Assembly: GCF_014698145.1 (NCBI RefSeq)
Contig: NZ_JACJSM010000001.1
Location: 152,633 to 216,632, forward strand
Source: Oscillatoria sp. FACHB-1406
GTDB taxonomy: Bacteria > Cyanobacteriota > Cyanobacteriia > Cyanobacteriales > Spirulinaceae
Length of the DNA: 64,000 nt
Direction of reading: 5' to 3'
Shown in pieces: positions 38,009 to 47,666 of this stretch (positions are counted from its first letter, which is position 1; every line of letters begins with the position of its first letter). The notes beneath the pieces are model-generated. The model was not told the origin of the DNA. It saw nothing but the letters and a program-made list of their open reading frames with translations, and searched no databases. Both the position numbers and the translations under genes were made by a program.

Positions 38009-38100
38009 GCATAACCGGGCATAACCGGGCGTAACCGGGCGTAACCGGGCGTAACCGGGCATAACCGGGCATAACCGGGCATAACCGGGCGTAACCGGGC
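38009..38100. repeat. tandem 10-mer array, (G/A)CATAACCGGG x9, running into a REP
   Basis: Starts immediately after the RAYT stop codon. The unit equals one REP half-site (GGGCATAAC) and the array ends in the complete REP at 38097-38123. Confidence 0.85.
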
Positions 38101-38331
38101 ATAACAGTGTTATGCCCCTACAGAATTTGGCGATTTATGTAATGTTAATATCTTCTGTTATACCAATTCCCAATCCTGATGCACTCAATTTTATGGGTAG
38201 GGACAGAGGGCATAACAATGTTATACCCCAACAGAATTTGGCGATTTATGTAGTGTTGATATCTTCGTTAAATCAATTCCTAATTGTGATGCACTCAATT
38301 TTATCTGTAGGGGCATTGCACTGCAATGCCC
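38097..38331. repeat. two tandem ~110-bp REP-containing units downstream of the RAYT
   Basis: REP + CAGAATTTGGCGATTTATGTA(A/G)TGTT(A/G)ATATCTTC...GCACTCAATTTTAT occurs twice, with REP variants GGGCATAACAATGTTATACCCC and GGGGCATTGCACTGCAATGCCC. The listed ORF 38112..38459 is an artefact. Confidence 0.7.
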
Positions 38332-38499
38332 TAATTGGTGCGGAACTCTCAAAAAATCCGACTCATTCCCTTGCCCGCCCTACAAGTCAAGAATACGGAA
38401 AACAATTGAAGAATTCCTTAGCTCCCTGGAAGTGCGAGGGTTTATTGCCGCTATCATAAAGAAAAATAGAAACCGTTCGCGGACAGATTAACAAGACCG

Positions 38500-40311
38500 A
38501 TGTCTAACGCTAGCAACAACGAACCGATGCGACTCCCGCGTACCAGCGAGTCCGAACCCCTCAAAAAGATTCGCCATACTGCCTCCCACGTCATGGCGAT
38601 GGCCGTGCAGAAGTTGTTCCCGACAGCGCAAGTGACGATTGGCCCGTGGACGGAAACCGGATTTTACTACGATTTCGATAGTCCCGAACCCTTCACCGAA
38701 GCAGACTTGAAAGCTATCAAGAAGGAGATGGATAAGATTATCAAAAAGAAACTGCCGGTGATTCGGGAGGAAGTTTCGCGCGAGGAAGCGAAACGCCGCA
38801 TTGAAGGGATTCAAGAACCGTATAAGCTGGAAATCCTTGAGGAGATTAAAACCGAACCCATCACGATTTACCATCTCGGTGAGGAATGGTGGGATTTGTG
38901 CGCCGGCCCCCATGTTGAGAGTACCGCAGAATTGAACCCGAAAGCGATCGCGCTTGAAAGCGTGGCGGGGGCGTATTGGCGCGGCGACGAGAATAAGGCG
39001 CAACTGCAACGCATTTATGCAACCGCTTGGGAAACTCCCGAACAACTCGCCGAGTACAAGCGACGCAAGGAAGAAGCGCTGCGACGAGACCATCGCAAGT
39101 TAGGCAAAGAGTTGGGTTTATTTATTTTCTCCGATTTGGTGGGGCCGGGGCTACCGCTCTGGACTCCGAAGGGAACGATTTTGCGCTCTACCCTCGAAGA
39201 TTTCCTCAAGCAGGAACAACTCAAACGCGGCTATTTACCCGTGGTTACGCCTCACCTCGCGCGCGTCGATTTGTTCAAGCAATCGGGACATTGGCAGAAG
39301 TATCGCGAGGATATGTTCCCCATGATGGCAGAAAGTGAGGAAGAGGCTGCGAGCGATCGCGGATTTGTCCTCAAACCGATGAACTGCCCCTTCCACATTC
39401 AAATTTATAAGAATGAGTTGCGTTCCTACCGCGAGTTACCGATGCGTTTGGCGGAATTCGGCACTGTGTATCGTTACGAGCAATCGGGCGAATTAGGCGG
39501 TTTAACGCGGGTACGCGGCTTTACCGTCGATGATTCTCACCTGTTTGTCACCCCCGAACAGTTAGACGATGAGTTCCTTAAGGTTGTCGATTTAATCCTC
39601 TCAGTGTTTAAAGCGCTGCAACTGAAGAACTTTAAGGCGCGCTTGAGTTTCCGAGATCCCGAATTGGATAAGTACATCGGTTCTGAGGATGCTTGGAATA
39701 AGGCAGAAAATGCCATCCGTCGTGCTGTCGAACACTTGGGGATGAACCATTTTGAAGGCATCGGCGAGGCTGCGTTTTATGGCCCGAAACTCGATTTTAT
39801 CTTCCAAGATGCCCTCGAGCGCGAGTGGCAGTTGGGGACGGTGCAGGTAGACTATAACCTTCCCGAACGCTTTGAGTTGGAATATGTCGCGGAAGATGGA
39901 ACGCGCCAGCGTCCGGTTATGATTCACCGCGCGCCCTTTGGTTCTCTCGAAAGGTTGGTGGGAATTTTGATTGAGGAATATGCAGGCGATTTCCCGGTAT
40001 GGTTAGCTCCAGAACAGGTGCGCTTACTCTGCATTAGCGATGAGTTTTTGGGCTACGCGCAGGAAGTTGCCGCGAAGTTGCAACTCGCAGGCGCGCGCGT
40101 CCAAGTCGATACGAGCGGGGAACGCTTAGGAAAGTTGATTCGCAATGCAGAAAAAGCCAAGATTCCCGTGATGGCGGTGATTGGAGCGAAGGAAGTGGAA
40201 AGCAATGCTTTGAACATCCGCACGCGCGCTTCGGGAGAGTTGGGTGCGATTCCGGTGGCGGAAGTTGTGGAGCGGATGCAGCGCGCAAACCGGGAACGGG
40301 TGGATTTCTGA
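38500..40311 (+). CDS. thrS: threonine--tRNA ligase
   Basis: HTASHVMAMAVQKLFP...GPWTETGFYYDFD, class II aaRS motifs and an anticodon-binding C-terminus. 603 aa, i.e. the short N-terminus form. Confidence 0.9.
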   Translation: MSNASNNEPMRLPRTSESEPLKKIRHTASHVMAMAVQKLFPTAQVTIGPWTETGFYYDFDSPEPFTEADLKAIKKEMDKIIKKKLPVIREEVSREEAKRRIEGIQEPYKLEILEEIKTEPITIYHLGEEWWDLCAGPHVESTAELNPKAIALESVAGAYWRGDENKAQLQRIYATAWETPEQLAEYKRRKEEALRRDHRKLGKELGLFIFSDLVGPGLPLWTPKGTILRSTLEDFLKQEQLKRGYLPVVTPHLARVDLFKQSGHWQKYREDMFPMMAESEEEAASDRGFVLKPMNCPFHIQIYKNELRSYRELPMRLAEFGTVYRYEQSGELGGLTRVRGFTVDDSHLFVTPEQLDDEFLKVVDLILSVFKALQLKNFKARLSFRDPELDKYIGSEDAWNKAENAIRRAVEHLGMNHFEGIGEAAFYGPKLDFIFQDALEREWQLGTVQVDYNLPERFELEYVAEDGTRQRPVMIHRAPFGSLERLVGILIEEYAGDFPVWLAPEQVRLLCISDEFLGYAQEVAAKLQLAGARVQVDTSGERLGKLIRNAEKAKIPVMAVIGAKEVESNALNIRTRASGELGAIPVAEVVERMQRANRERVDF

Positions 40312-40409
40312 GGTTAAGGGTTAGTCCAAGATAGAGGCGTTCCGGTGGAACGTCTCTACTTGAATATGACGTTACACAGAATCGACTCCCCTTGATTTTT
40401 GGTTAAGAT

Positions 40410-40593
40410 TATGGTGCGTTACGCTTCGCCAACACATCCTACTTTTGATTCTATGCAGTTTCACATCAATTGGGTCTTAGACTAATTTAAGATGATTTTG
40501 CCTAGAATAAACTCTCCTAAATTTTCAGGATAACGGTGCGTTACGCTTCGCTAACACACCCTACTTTTGATTCTATGCAGTTTCACATCAATA
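40410..40593. repeat. two direct copies of a ~60-bp family-B hairpin repeat (GGTGCGTTACGCTTCGC(C/T)AACAC(A)CCTACTTTTGATTCTATGCAGTTTCACATCAAT)
   Basis: Copies at 40410-40470 and 40532-40593 in the thrS to M16 peptidase spacer. Confidence 0.8.
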
Positions 40594-41013
40594 CTGATGG
40601 CCAAAAAAATTGACCGCAACGCCGTTTTACCTCAGCTTATGACCTGGACGAGCCAGGTGGGTAATCGCGCTCTTGGTATAAAGTTTCTGGGTACTAATGC
40701 CCAGTCTACTGCCACCGGAGCTTGCGAATTCCCTTATATTACAAGCATAGATCAATAAACTATATTGGCAGTCACCAACGTTGCAGTTCAATCTTTTACT
40801 ATATTACTCGATTTTGAGAAAAGCGTAAGCCTCGATCTGGAGAATGGGAGTACGGCTTGCTCGACCCGAACCGTACTTGAGGGGGAGGAGGTGCGATCGC
40901 AATCATAAATCCCCAAAGGGCGACTTCGGTCAAAATTCTCGTATAACCAAGACGAAAAAAGTGAGAATAAAGCGTTACGATACATGAAACGATAATCAGC
41001 ATATCCCTGCTTA

Positions 41014-42297
41014 GTGATTAAGTTGCAACAACGATCGCGCTCGCTCAATACTCTCGAATTTCCGGCGAATGTCTTCCGCTTCGAGAATGGGTTAACGGTT
41101 ATCCACCAACATTTAAGTACCACGTCGGTGGTAGCTGTCGATGTGTGGGTGCGAGCGGGCGCTCGAGACGAACCGGAACAATGGCAAGGCATCGCGCATT
41201 TTCTCGAACACATGATTTTCAAAGGAAGTTCGCGCGTCGCTCCGGGCGAGTTCGACTTTCGCATCGAAAATAGCGGCGGGCTAGCCAATGCGGCAACCGC
41301 CCACGATTACGCTCATTTTTTTATGACGACCTCGGCAGCAAATTTACCGGAAGTCCTGCCTTACTTCGCGGATATCCTGTTGCACGCTGCGATTCCCGAT
41401 GAAGAATTTATGCGGGAAAAAGAGGTCGTGATTGAGGAAATTCGCTCTTGTCACGACGACCCAGACTGGCTGGGATTTCAAGCGCTGTGCGATAGTTTAT
41501 ATCAGTGTCACGTCTACGGGCGCTCGATTTTGGGAACGGAGGAACAGATACGCTCGCGTTCTCCCAATCAAATGCGCTGCTTTCACCGCACTTATTACCA
41601 GCCGGAAAATATGACGGTGGCGATTGTCGGCGATATCGAACAGGAATCTGCGCTCTCGCTGGTCGATCGCGCTTTCCAAGACTTTAACACGCGATCGGAA
41701 TGCCCGCCTACTGCCCTCAGCAACGACCCCCAAATGACGGGAATTCGCCGCACGGAACTGCGCTTACCCCGCTTGGAAATGGCGCGGTTATTAATGGCGT
41801 GGTTGGGACCGGGGGCGGACGATTTACCGGCTGCTTTTGGTATGGATTTGCTGTCGGTGTTGCTAGCGGGCGGGCGTTCTTCGCGGTTAGTCCGAGAATT
41901 GCGAGAGGAGCGGAATTTAGTTTTTGATATCGCCAGCGAGTTTTCTTTGCAGCGCGACTCTAGCCTGTTTACCGTCGTTGCTTGGCTCGAACCCCAGAAT
42001 TTAGACCGCGTAGAAGCCATTATCGGCGATCGCTTCTCGCAACTGCAAGCCTTTCCCGTCGAGAGCGCAGAACTCCTGCGGGGCAAGCGCGTTCTTTGCA
42101 ACGATTACGCCTTTTCAACCGAAACACCGAGTCAATTGGCTGGGTTGTACGGTTACTACAATACAATTGCCTCGGCAGAATTATCGATACTTTACCCAAC
42201 CATCGTTCAACAACTCAACGTTGACGACCTTCAAGATATCGCCCGAACCTATCTCGCTCCCGATAAGTATGCTGCCACCATTATGAAGCAGCTTTAA
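41014..42297 (+). CDS. M16 family zinc peptidase (active subunit; HxxEH present)
   Basis: HFLEHMIFKGS inverted zinc-binding motif, within insulinase-like N- and C-terminal domains. Confidence 0.8.
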   Translation: MIKLQQRSRSLNTLEFPANVFRFENGLTVIHQHLSTTSVVAVDVWVRAGARDEPEQWQGIAHFLEHMIFKGSSRVAPGEFDFRIENSGGLANAATAHDYAHFFMTTSAANLPEVLPYFADILLHAAIPDEEFMREKEVVIEEIRSCHDDPDWLGFQALCDSLYQCHVYGRSILGTEEQIRSRSPNQMRCFHRTYYQPENMTVAIVGDIEQESALSLVDRAFQDFNTRSECPPTALSNDPQMTGIRRTELRLPRLEMARLLMAWLGPGADDLPAAFGMDLLSVLLAGGRSSRLVRELREERNLVFDIASEFSLQRDSSLFTVVAWLEPQNLDRVEAIIGDRFSQLQAFPVESAELLRGKRVLCNDYAFSTETPSQLAGLYGYYNTIASAELSILYPTIVQQLNVDDLQDIARTYLAPDKYAATIMKQL

Positions 42298-42309
42298 AAC
42301 TCAACCCCA

Positions 42310-43593
42310 ATGCAAAAACTTTCCTCTCGTCTGCGTCATTCCTTCGTTCATCGTACCGTTCTCGACAATGGCATCACGCTAATTACCGTCGAAAATAATG
42401 TTGCTGATATTATTGCCGCTCGCTTGTTCTTCAAGGCAGGCAGTTGTAGGGAACCGCGCTCGAAAGCCGGACTCGCGCACCTGCTTGCCAGTACGATGAC
42501 AAAAGGCATACCCGGTTTGAGCGCCACCGAAATTGCTGAAAAAATTGAATCGATAGGCGCATCGGTCGGCACGGATGCAGCCGCCGACTACTTTGTAACC
42601 AGTATTAAGACGGTTTCTGCCGATTTTAGCGCGATTTTAGCATTAGTGGCGGCAATCGTGCGATCGCCGACGCTGCCCGAACGCGAAGTCGAACTCGAAC
42701 AAAAACTCACGCTGCAAAGCATCCGCTCCCAACAAGAGCAACCCTTCAACATCGCTTATCATCAACTGCGAGAAGCGATGTATGCCGAGCATCCTTACGG
42801 CATTTCGAGTCTGGGAACCGAAGCGACCGTTGCTCAAATTGCGCGGGATGATTTAGCAGAGTACCATCAAACCTATTTTCGCCCCGATAACTTGATTATT
42901 TCACTGTCCGGACGCATTGCGCCCGAAGAGGCAGTGGAATTAATCGATCGCGTTTTTGGCGACTGGAAAGCCCCGGAAACGGCTCTTCCCCCCCTCAAAC
43001 TTCCTTCTTTAACCCCCAATCCGAGCCGACATCTCAAACCCCAAGCGACCCAACAAGCGATTGTCGTTCTCGGTTATTTAACGGCTGCGATCGCTAGCGA
43101 CGATTATATCCCGCTCAAACTCCTCAGTACCTACCTCGGAAATGGTTTATCCAGCCGTCTTTTTGTGGAACTGCGCGAAAAACGGGGACTCGCTTACGAT
43201 GTTTCAGCTTTCTATCCCACGCGTTTGGATGCGTCGCAGTTTGTCGCTTATATCGGAACTGCACCCAATAATAGCGCGATCGCGCTGCAAGGGTTGCACG
43301 CCGAAATCGAACGCCTCTGTCACGCGCCTCTCAGTCTCGAGGAACTGCAAGCCTCAAAGAATAAACTCCTCGGTCAATATGCGCTCGGCAAGCAAACCAA
43401 TGCTGAAATCGCCCAAAGTTATGGCTGGTACGAAACCTTGGGCGTAGGGATTGAGTTTGATGAAACGTTTCAAGAAGGCGTGCGCGAAGTTACGCCAGAA
43501 ATCGCACAGGAGGTTGCTTGTCGCTATTTTAGCCCCGCGCCCTATATTTCCTTAGTTGGGCCGGAAGAGGCGATCGCGCAAGCAACATTATGA
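42310..43593 (+). CDS. M16 family peptidase-like protein lacking the HxxEH motif (probable non-catalytic partner subunit)
   Basis: Same fold pattern as the upstream gene, but the corresponding site reads LAHLLASTMTKG. Adjacent and co-directional, with a 12-nt spacer. Confidence 0.75.
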   Translation: MQKLSSRLRHSFVHRTVLDNGITLITVENNVADIIAARLFFKAGSCREPRSKAGLAHLLASTMTKGIPGLSATEIAEKIESIGASVGTDAAADYFVTSIKTVSADFSAILALVAAIVRSPTLPEREVELEQKLTLQSIRSQQEQPFNIAYHQLREAMYAEHPYGISSLGTEATVAQIARDDLAEYHQTYFRPDNLIISLSGRIAPEEAVELIDRVFGDWKAPETALPPLKLPSLTPNPSRHLKPQATQQAIVVLGYLTAAIASDDYIPLKLLSTYLGNGLSSRLFVELREKRGLAYDVSAFYPTRLDASQFVAYIGTAPNNSAIALQGLHAEIERLCHAPLSLEELQASKNKLLGQYALGKQTNAEIAQSYGWYETLGVGIEFDETFQEGVREVTPEIAQEVACRYFSPAPYISLVGPEEAIAQATL

Positions 43594-43661
43594 ATGATGA
43601 GGGGTGAGTGAGTTACAAAATTACAAAAATAAATCGTATTTCGTAAAACCTCACTCTTCTC

Positions 43662-44684
43662 TCAAACTCCGAGATTGTGGCGGGGATTAAACGTCTCAAT
43701 TAATCGCAATTGCTCGTAGAGTTCCCGTTCTTGGGGGCTAACTTCTGAGGGCAGAACGACTTGAACTTCTACTAACTGATCGCCGCGCGTGCCATCGGTT
43801 TTGAGATAGCCTTTACTCGATAAACGCAAGCGCTGACCGGCTTTTACGCCGCCGGGGAGATTCATTTTCACCGGCCCATCAATCGTTGGCACTTCAATCG
43901 CACCGCCCAAAATTGCCTCGCTCGGCGTGAGCGGAATTTGACAGAATAAATCGAATCCTTGTAGTTGAAAAAATGAGTGAGGCTGAAGCGTAATTTTGAG
44001 GTAAAGATCGCCGCCGCCGATGCCTTGTCCTTTGAGGCGAACGCGCTGGGCGTTGACCATCCCGGGGGGCATATCGACTTCTAGCGATCGCCCGTCTTCC
44101 AGTCTAATCCGCTCTCTGCCGCCCAAATAAGCCTTTTCTAGGGGCAGCGTCAACCGCGCTTCGATATCCCGGCGGCGCGGCGGTGCAACGGTTGTGGCGC
44201 GCGGCGGTCGTTCGACTGTCGTTTTTCCCGTAGCGCCGACGGTGTAAGCAGTTTTGGTCGTACCAGGGCGATACGCTTCTTTCGGATCCTCGACGCGAAC
44301 CTTAGCGTTCGGGCGATTGAGCATATCTTCAACGAAGCGGTCAAAATCGCGGTACTGGCTGTAATCGTTGCTACTTGCTCGTTTTTTCGCTCCCGATCGC
44401 CCATTTTTCCCGATATTCCCCGTTCGCCGCACGTAGTCGCTAAATTGGTCGTACTGCGATCGCTTATTTTCGTCGGAGAGAACGCCGTAAGCTTCGTTAA
44501 TGGCCTTAAACTTTTCTTCGGCAGTGAGATCGCCGGGATTGCGATCGGGATGATAGCGCAGCGCTAACTTGCGATAGGCTTTCTTCAGATCTTGAAATGA
44601 AACATCGCGTTCGACTTCGAGGACTTCGTAATAATTGCGGAAATTTTCCATAGGGTTATGATTGCATTCAAAACCGATCGCCAA
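43662..44684 (-). CDS. dnaJ: DnaJ-family co-chaperone (J domain plus DnaJ C-terminal domains; no Zn-finger region)
   Basis: J domain [33 protein letters not shown] with HPD. Directly downstream of dnaK. Confidence 0.8.
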   Translation of the reverse strand: MAIGFECNHNPMENFRNYYEVLEVERDVSFQDLKKAYRKLALRYHPDRNPGDLTAEEKFKAINEAYGVLSDENKRSQYDQFSDYVRRTGNIGKNGRSGAKKRASSNDYSQYRDFDRFVEDMLNRPNAKVRVEDPKEAYRPGTTKTAYTVGATGKTTVERPPRATTVAPPRRRDIEARLTLPLEKAYLGGRERIRLEDGRSLEVDMPPGMVNAQRVRLKGQGIGGGDLYLKITLQPHSFFQLQGFDLFCQIPLTPSEAILGGAIEVPTIDGPVKMNLPGGVKAGQRLRLSSKGYLKTDGTRGDQLVEVQVVLPSEVSPQERELYEQLRLIETFNPRHNLGV

Positions 44685-44755
44685 TCGCTACAGAACTTTA
44701 GAGGAGCGCTCCCGCAGAGATTAGCCTTGGGGTGCAGAACTCGCGACTGAATCCG

Positions 44756-46903
44756 TTAAAACCAATCGTCATCTTCCTCATCCCAATCGTTTTGGTATTC
44801 GTAATTGCGGCGCGAAGCATTACGGCGATTGGGGGTAGACTCCTCAGTAAAAGAGTCGCGGCGCTCGCGGGCGGACGGAACGCGATCGTTCCGACTATTG
44901 CGACTGTCTGGCGCGTAGCGATCGCGCTCCGAACTGCCATAATCATAATCGCGCGCGCGCTCATTACTGCCGTAATTGTAACCGCGATCGCGCTCCGAAC
45001 CGCCGTAATTGTAACCGCGATCTTCGGGATCCTTTTCGCCAGTAAACGTGCGCCGAATCGAGCCGAAGAAATCCTCCTTCTCATCCTCATATTGCAAGCG
45101 CACCTCGCGATTCAACTCATAAAGCGCATCTTGCAAATTTGCCTGGGCGCGATCGATCCCCCGCTCGTCGTTTTTCTCCAAATACAACCGTAAATCGCCC
45201 ATTAACGACTCGATCTGACGGCGATAATAACTCGCAAACTGATTGCCAAAATCCAACGTTATCTCGCGCAAACGCCGCTGAGACTGGTCGATTAACGCCT
45301 GGGCGCGATTGCGTTTTTCCACCCGTTCTCGCCGCTCGCGATCGACTTGTGCAAACTCCTCTGCCTCCTGAATCGCGCGATTAATCTCCGCCTCGCTCAA
45401 CGTCGAAGCGCCTTGCACCACAATACTCTGCTCGCGCCCTGTCGTTCGATCCATCGCCACCGCTTGCAAAATCCCATTGGCATCGATATCGAAAGCCACT
45501 TGAATTTGCGGTACGCCGCGCGGTGCGGGTGGAATTCCCGTCAGCTTAAAGCGCCCCAACGACTTATTATCCTTCGCCATTTCCCGCTCGCCTTGCAGGA
45601 CGTGAACTTCCACCACCGTCTGATTGTTATCCGCCGTCGAAAACACATCGGAACGGCGCACCGGAATCGTCGTATTGCGCGGAATCAACTTTTTCATCGC
45701 GCCGCTTATCGTTTCCAACCCCAAAGAAAGCGGCGTAACATCCAGCAGCAGCACGTCCTTCACCTGTCCGCCCAAAATCCCCGCTTGAATCGCCGCCCCC
45801 ACCGCCACGACTTCATCGGGGTTGACATTTTGATTGGCTTCGCGATCGATAAAACTGCGGACTAACCCTTGCACTAAGGGAATGCGCGTCGAACCGCCCA
45901 CTAACACCACTTCATCCACCTGCACCGGGCTAATCCCCGCATCCCGCAAAACGCGCTGCAAAGGACGGCGCAAGCGACTGACGAGATCGCCGCATAACTC
46001 TTCAAATTCGAGGCGAGAGAGGCGCGTTTCGATATGTTTCGGCCCCTCATCCGTCGCGGTGATAAAGGGCAGATTAATTTCAGTATTGCTCACCCCAGAA
46101 AGTTCGATTTTTGCCTTTTCTGCGGCTTCCGTCAGGCGTTGCAAAGCTTGACGATCCTTGCGCAAATCCACTCCTTCCGACTCGAGAAATTTCTCTGCCA
46201 GCCAATCGACAATCCGCTTGTCGAAATCGTTTCCCCCTAACTGCGTATCGCCACTCGTGGCTAGCACTTCAAATACGCCATCGCCCACTTCTAACAGCGA
46301 AACATCAAAGGTTCCGCCGCCCAAATCGAAGACTAAAATGGTTTGACTTTTTTGCCGATCTAGGCCGTAAGCGAGGGAAGCGGCTGTCGGTTCGTTAATG
46401 ATGCGCAGGACATCTAAACCGGCAATTCTGCCTGCATCCCGCGTCGCTTGGCGCTGGGAGTCGTTGAAGTAAGCGGGAACGGTGATTACCGCGCCGGTGA
46501 CGGGTTCGCCGAGGTAGCGTTCTGCTTCTTCGGCAAGCTTGCGCAAAATCATGGCCGAGACTTCTTCGGGGGCGAATTCCTTGCGCAGACGCGGACAGCG
46601 AATTTTGATATTGCCGCTTTCATCTTTGCGGATGGTGTAGGGAACGCGCTTGGATTCGGGGGTAAGTTCGGCATACTTGCGTCCCATGAAGCGTTTGACG
46701 GCGTAGTAAGTATTCTGTGGATTGAGGACGGCTTGACGGCGCGCCATTTGACCGACAACAAGCTCGCCATCTTTATTGAAGCCTACAGCGGAGGGCGTGG
46801 TTCGCATCCCTTCTGAGTTCGCAATGACGAGGGGCTTGCTGCCTTCCATCACGGCTACCACCGAGTTTGTTGTTCCTAAGTCTATACCGACTACTCTTGC
46901 CAT
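44756..46903 (-). CDS. dnaK: Hsp70 chaperone DnaK (DnaK3-like, with an extended repetitive C-terminus)
   Basis: [18 protein letters not shown]... and a canonical Hsp70 NBD/SBD. The ~90-aa C-terminal tail carries RDRGYNYG-type repeats. Confidence 0.9.
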   Translation of the reverse strand: MARVVGIDLGTTNSVVAVMEGSKPLVIANSEGMRTTPSAVGFNKDGELVVGQMARRQAVLNPQNTYYAVKRFMGRKYAELTPESKRVPYTIRKDESGNIKIRCPRLRKEFAPEEVSAMILRKLAEEAERYLGEPVTGAVITVPAYFNDSQRQATRDAGRIAGLDVLRIINEPTAASLAYGLDRQKSQTILVFDLGGGTFDVSLLEVGDGVFEVLATSGDTQLGGNDFDKRIVDWLAEKFLESEGVDLRKDRQALQRLTEAAEKAKIELSGVSNTEINLPFITATDEGPKHIETRLSRLEFEELCGDLVSRLRRPLQRVLRDAGISPVQVDEVVLVGGSTRIPLVQGLVRSFIDREANQNVNPDEVVAVGAAIQAGILGGQVKDVLLLDVTPLSLGLETISGAMKKLIPRNTTIPVRRSDVFSTADNNQTVVEVHVLQGEREMAKDNKSLGRFKLTGIPPAPRGVPQIQVAFDIDANGILQAVAMDRTTGREQSIVVQGASTLSEAEINRAIQEAEEFAQVDRERRERVEKRNRAQALIDQSQRRLREITLDFGNQFASYYRRQIESLMGDLRLYLEKNDERGIDRAQANLQDALYELNREVRLQYEDEKEDFFGSIRRTFTGEKDPEDRGYNYGGSERDRGYNYGSNERARDYDYGSSERDRYAPDSRNSRNDRVPSARERRDSFTEESTPNRRNASRRNYEYQNDWDEEDDDWF

Positions 46904-47237
46904 GCGCGCTCCGTTTAATCTAATCCGCTGGTGAGATGTTTGTACAAATATTAAGTGGCTATTTTAATTTTATCTTGACGCAGGTGGGTTCGTTTGTCAC
47001 GCGAGGTTCGGAGATTACGACCAAACCGCTATCAATTCCGGGCAACGAGCGACAGCGCGAAGGTCAGTTTCCCGGTGGGATTGGCATGGCGATCGCGTAA
47101 ACTAAGCCTGTTAAATGTAGTTGTCTACAAAATAGCCAAGCTCAATTTCGGCAGACCTATTCCAGTTTCTTTTGTGCCTTGCACTGGCTGCCCAGCGATA
47201 AAGTTGCTGTTTAACATCAGAGCAACACCGTAAGGAA

Positions 47238-47573
47238 TTGAAACTCATGAAAGCAACCTATCGCTGCACGCTCATTTTAGCCCTTGGCGCGATCGCGCTT
47301 GGCAGTTTTGCCAGTCCCGGAGCCGCGAGCAACATTTCGCCCCAAACCTCCCCACAACTGCTCGCCCAACGCATTAATTTAGCAGGTCGCAGAGTCACCG
47401 TCCGCACCCCCGAAGGCGGCCCGCTGAACGTTCGTTCCGGCCCGGGAGGGAACTATCGAGTCGTGCGGACGCTTCGCAATGGCGGGCAATGCGTTTTATC
47501 CGGGCGCACCAGTGGAGCATGGGTTCAACTGCAAGGGGGAGGTTGGGTGACTTCTATTTACCTGGATATTTAA
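47238..47573 (+). CDS. secreted bacterial SH3 (SH3b) domain protein
   Basis: Signal peptide, then VTVRTPEGGPLNVRSGPGGNYRVVRTLRNGGQCVLSGRTSGAWVQLQGGGWVTSIYL. Confidence 0.6.
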   Translation: MKLMKATYRCTLILALGAIALGSFASPGAASNISPQTSPQLLAQRINLAGRRVTVRTPEGGPLNVRSGPGGNYRVVRTLRNGGQCVLSGRTSGAWVQLQGGGWVTSIYLDI

Positions 47574-47666
47574 GTCGCCTGAATCGATTAAAGTCGAAGT
47601 ATTAAGCGATCGCGAATTCAAGGCAAAACAGATCGATTTGCGATCGCCCATTACATCTTAAGACTC

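Noticed and set aside
38112-38459. 115-aa ORF downstream of the RAYT
   Set aside because: Runs through two REP-containing direct repeats; its peptide mirrors the repeat structure.
38488-39093. 201-aa minus-strand ORF
   Set aside because: Antisense to the well-supported thrS N-terminus.
40311-40345. Short GC-rich hairpin (CGTTCC-GGT-GGAACG) after thrS as a possible terminator
   Set aside because: 6-bp stem with no U-tract, and embedded in family-B/MITE repeat debris. Insufficient evidence for a terminator.
44698-45193. ORFs on both strands at the dnaK 3' end
   Set aside because: Low-complexity frames generated by the repetitive DnaK C-terminal tail coding sequence.
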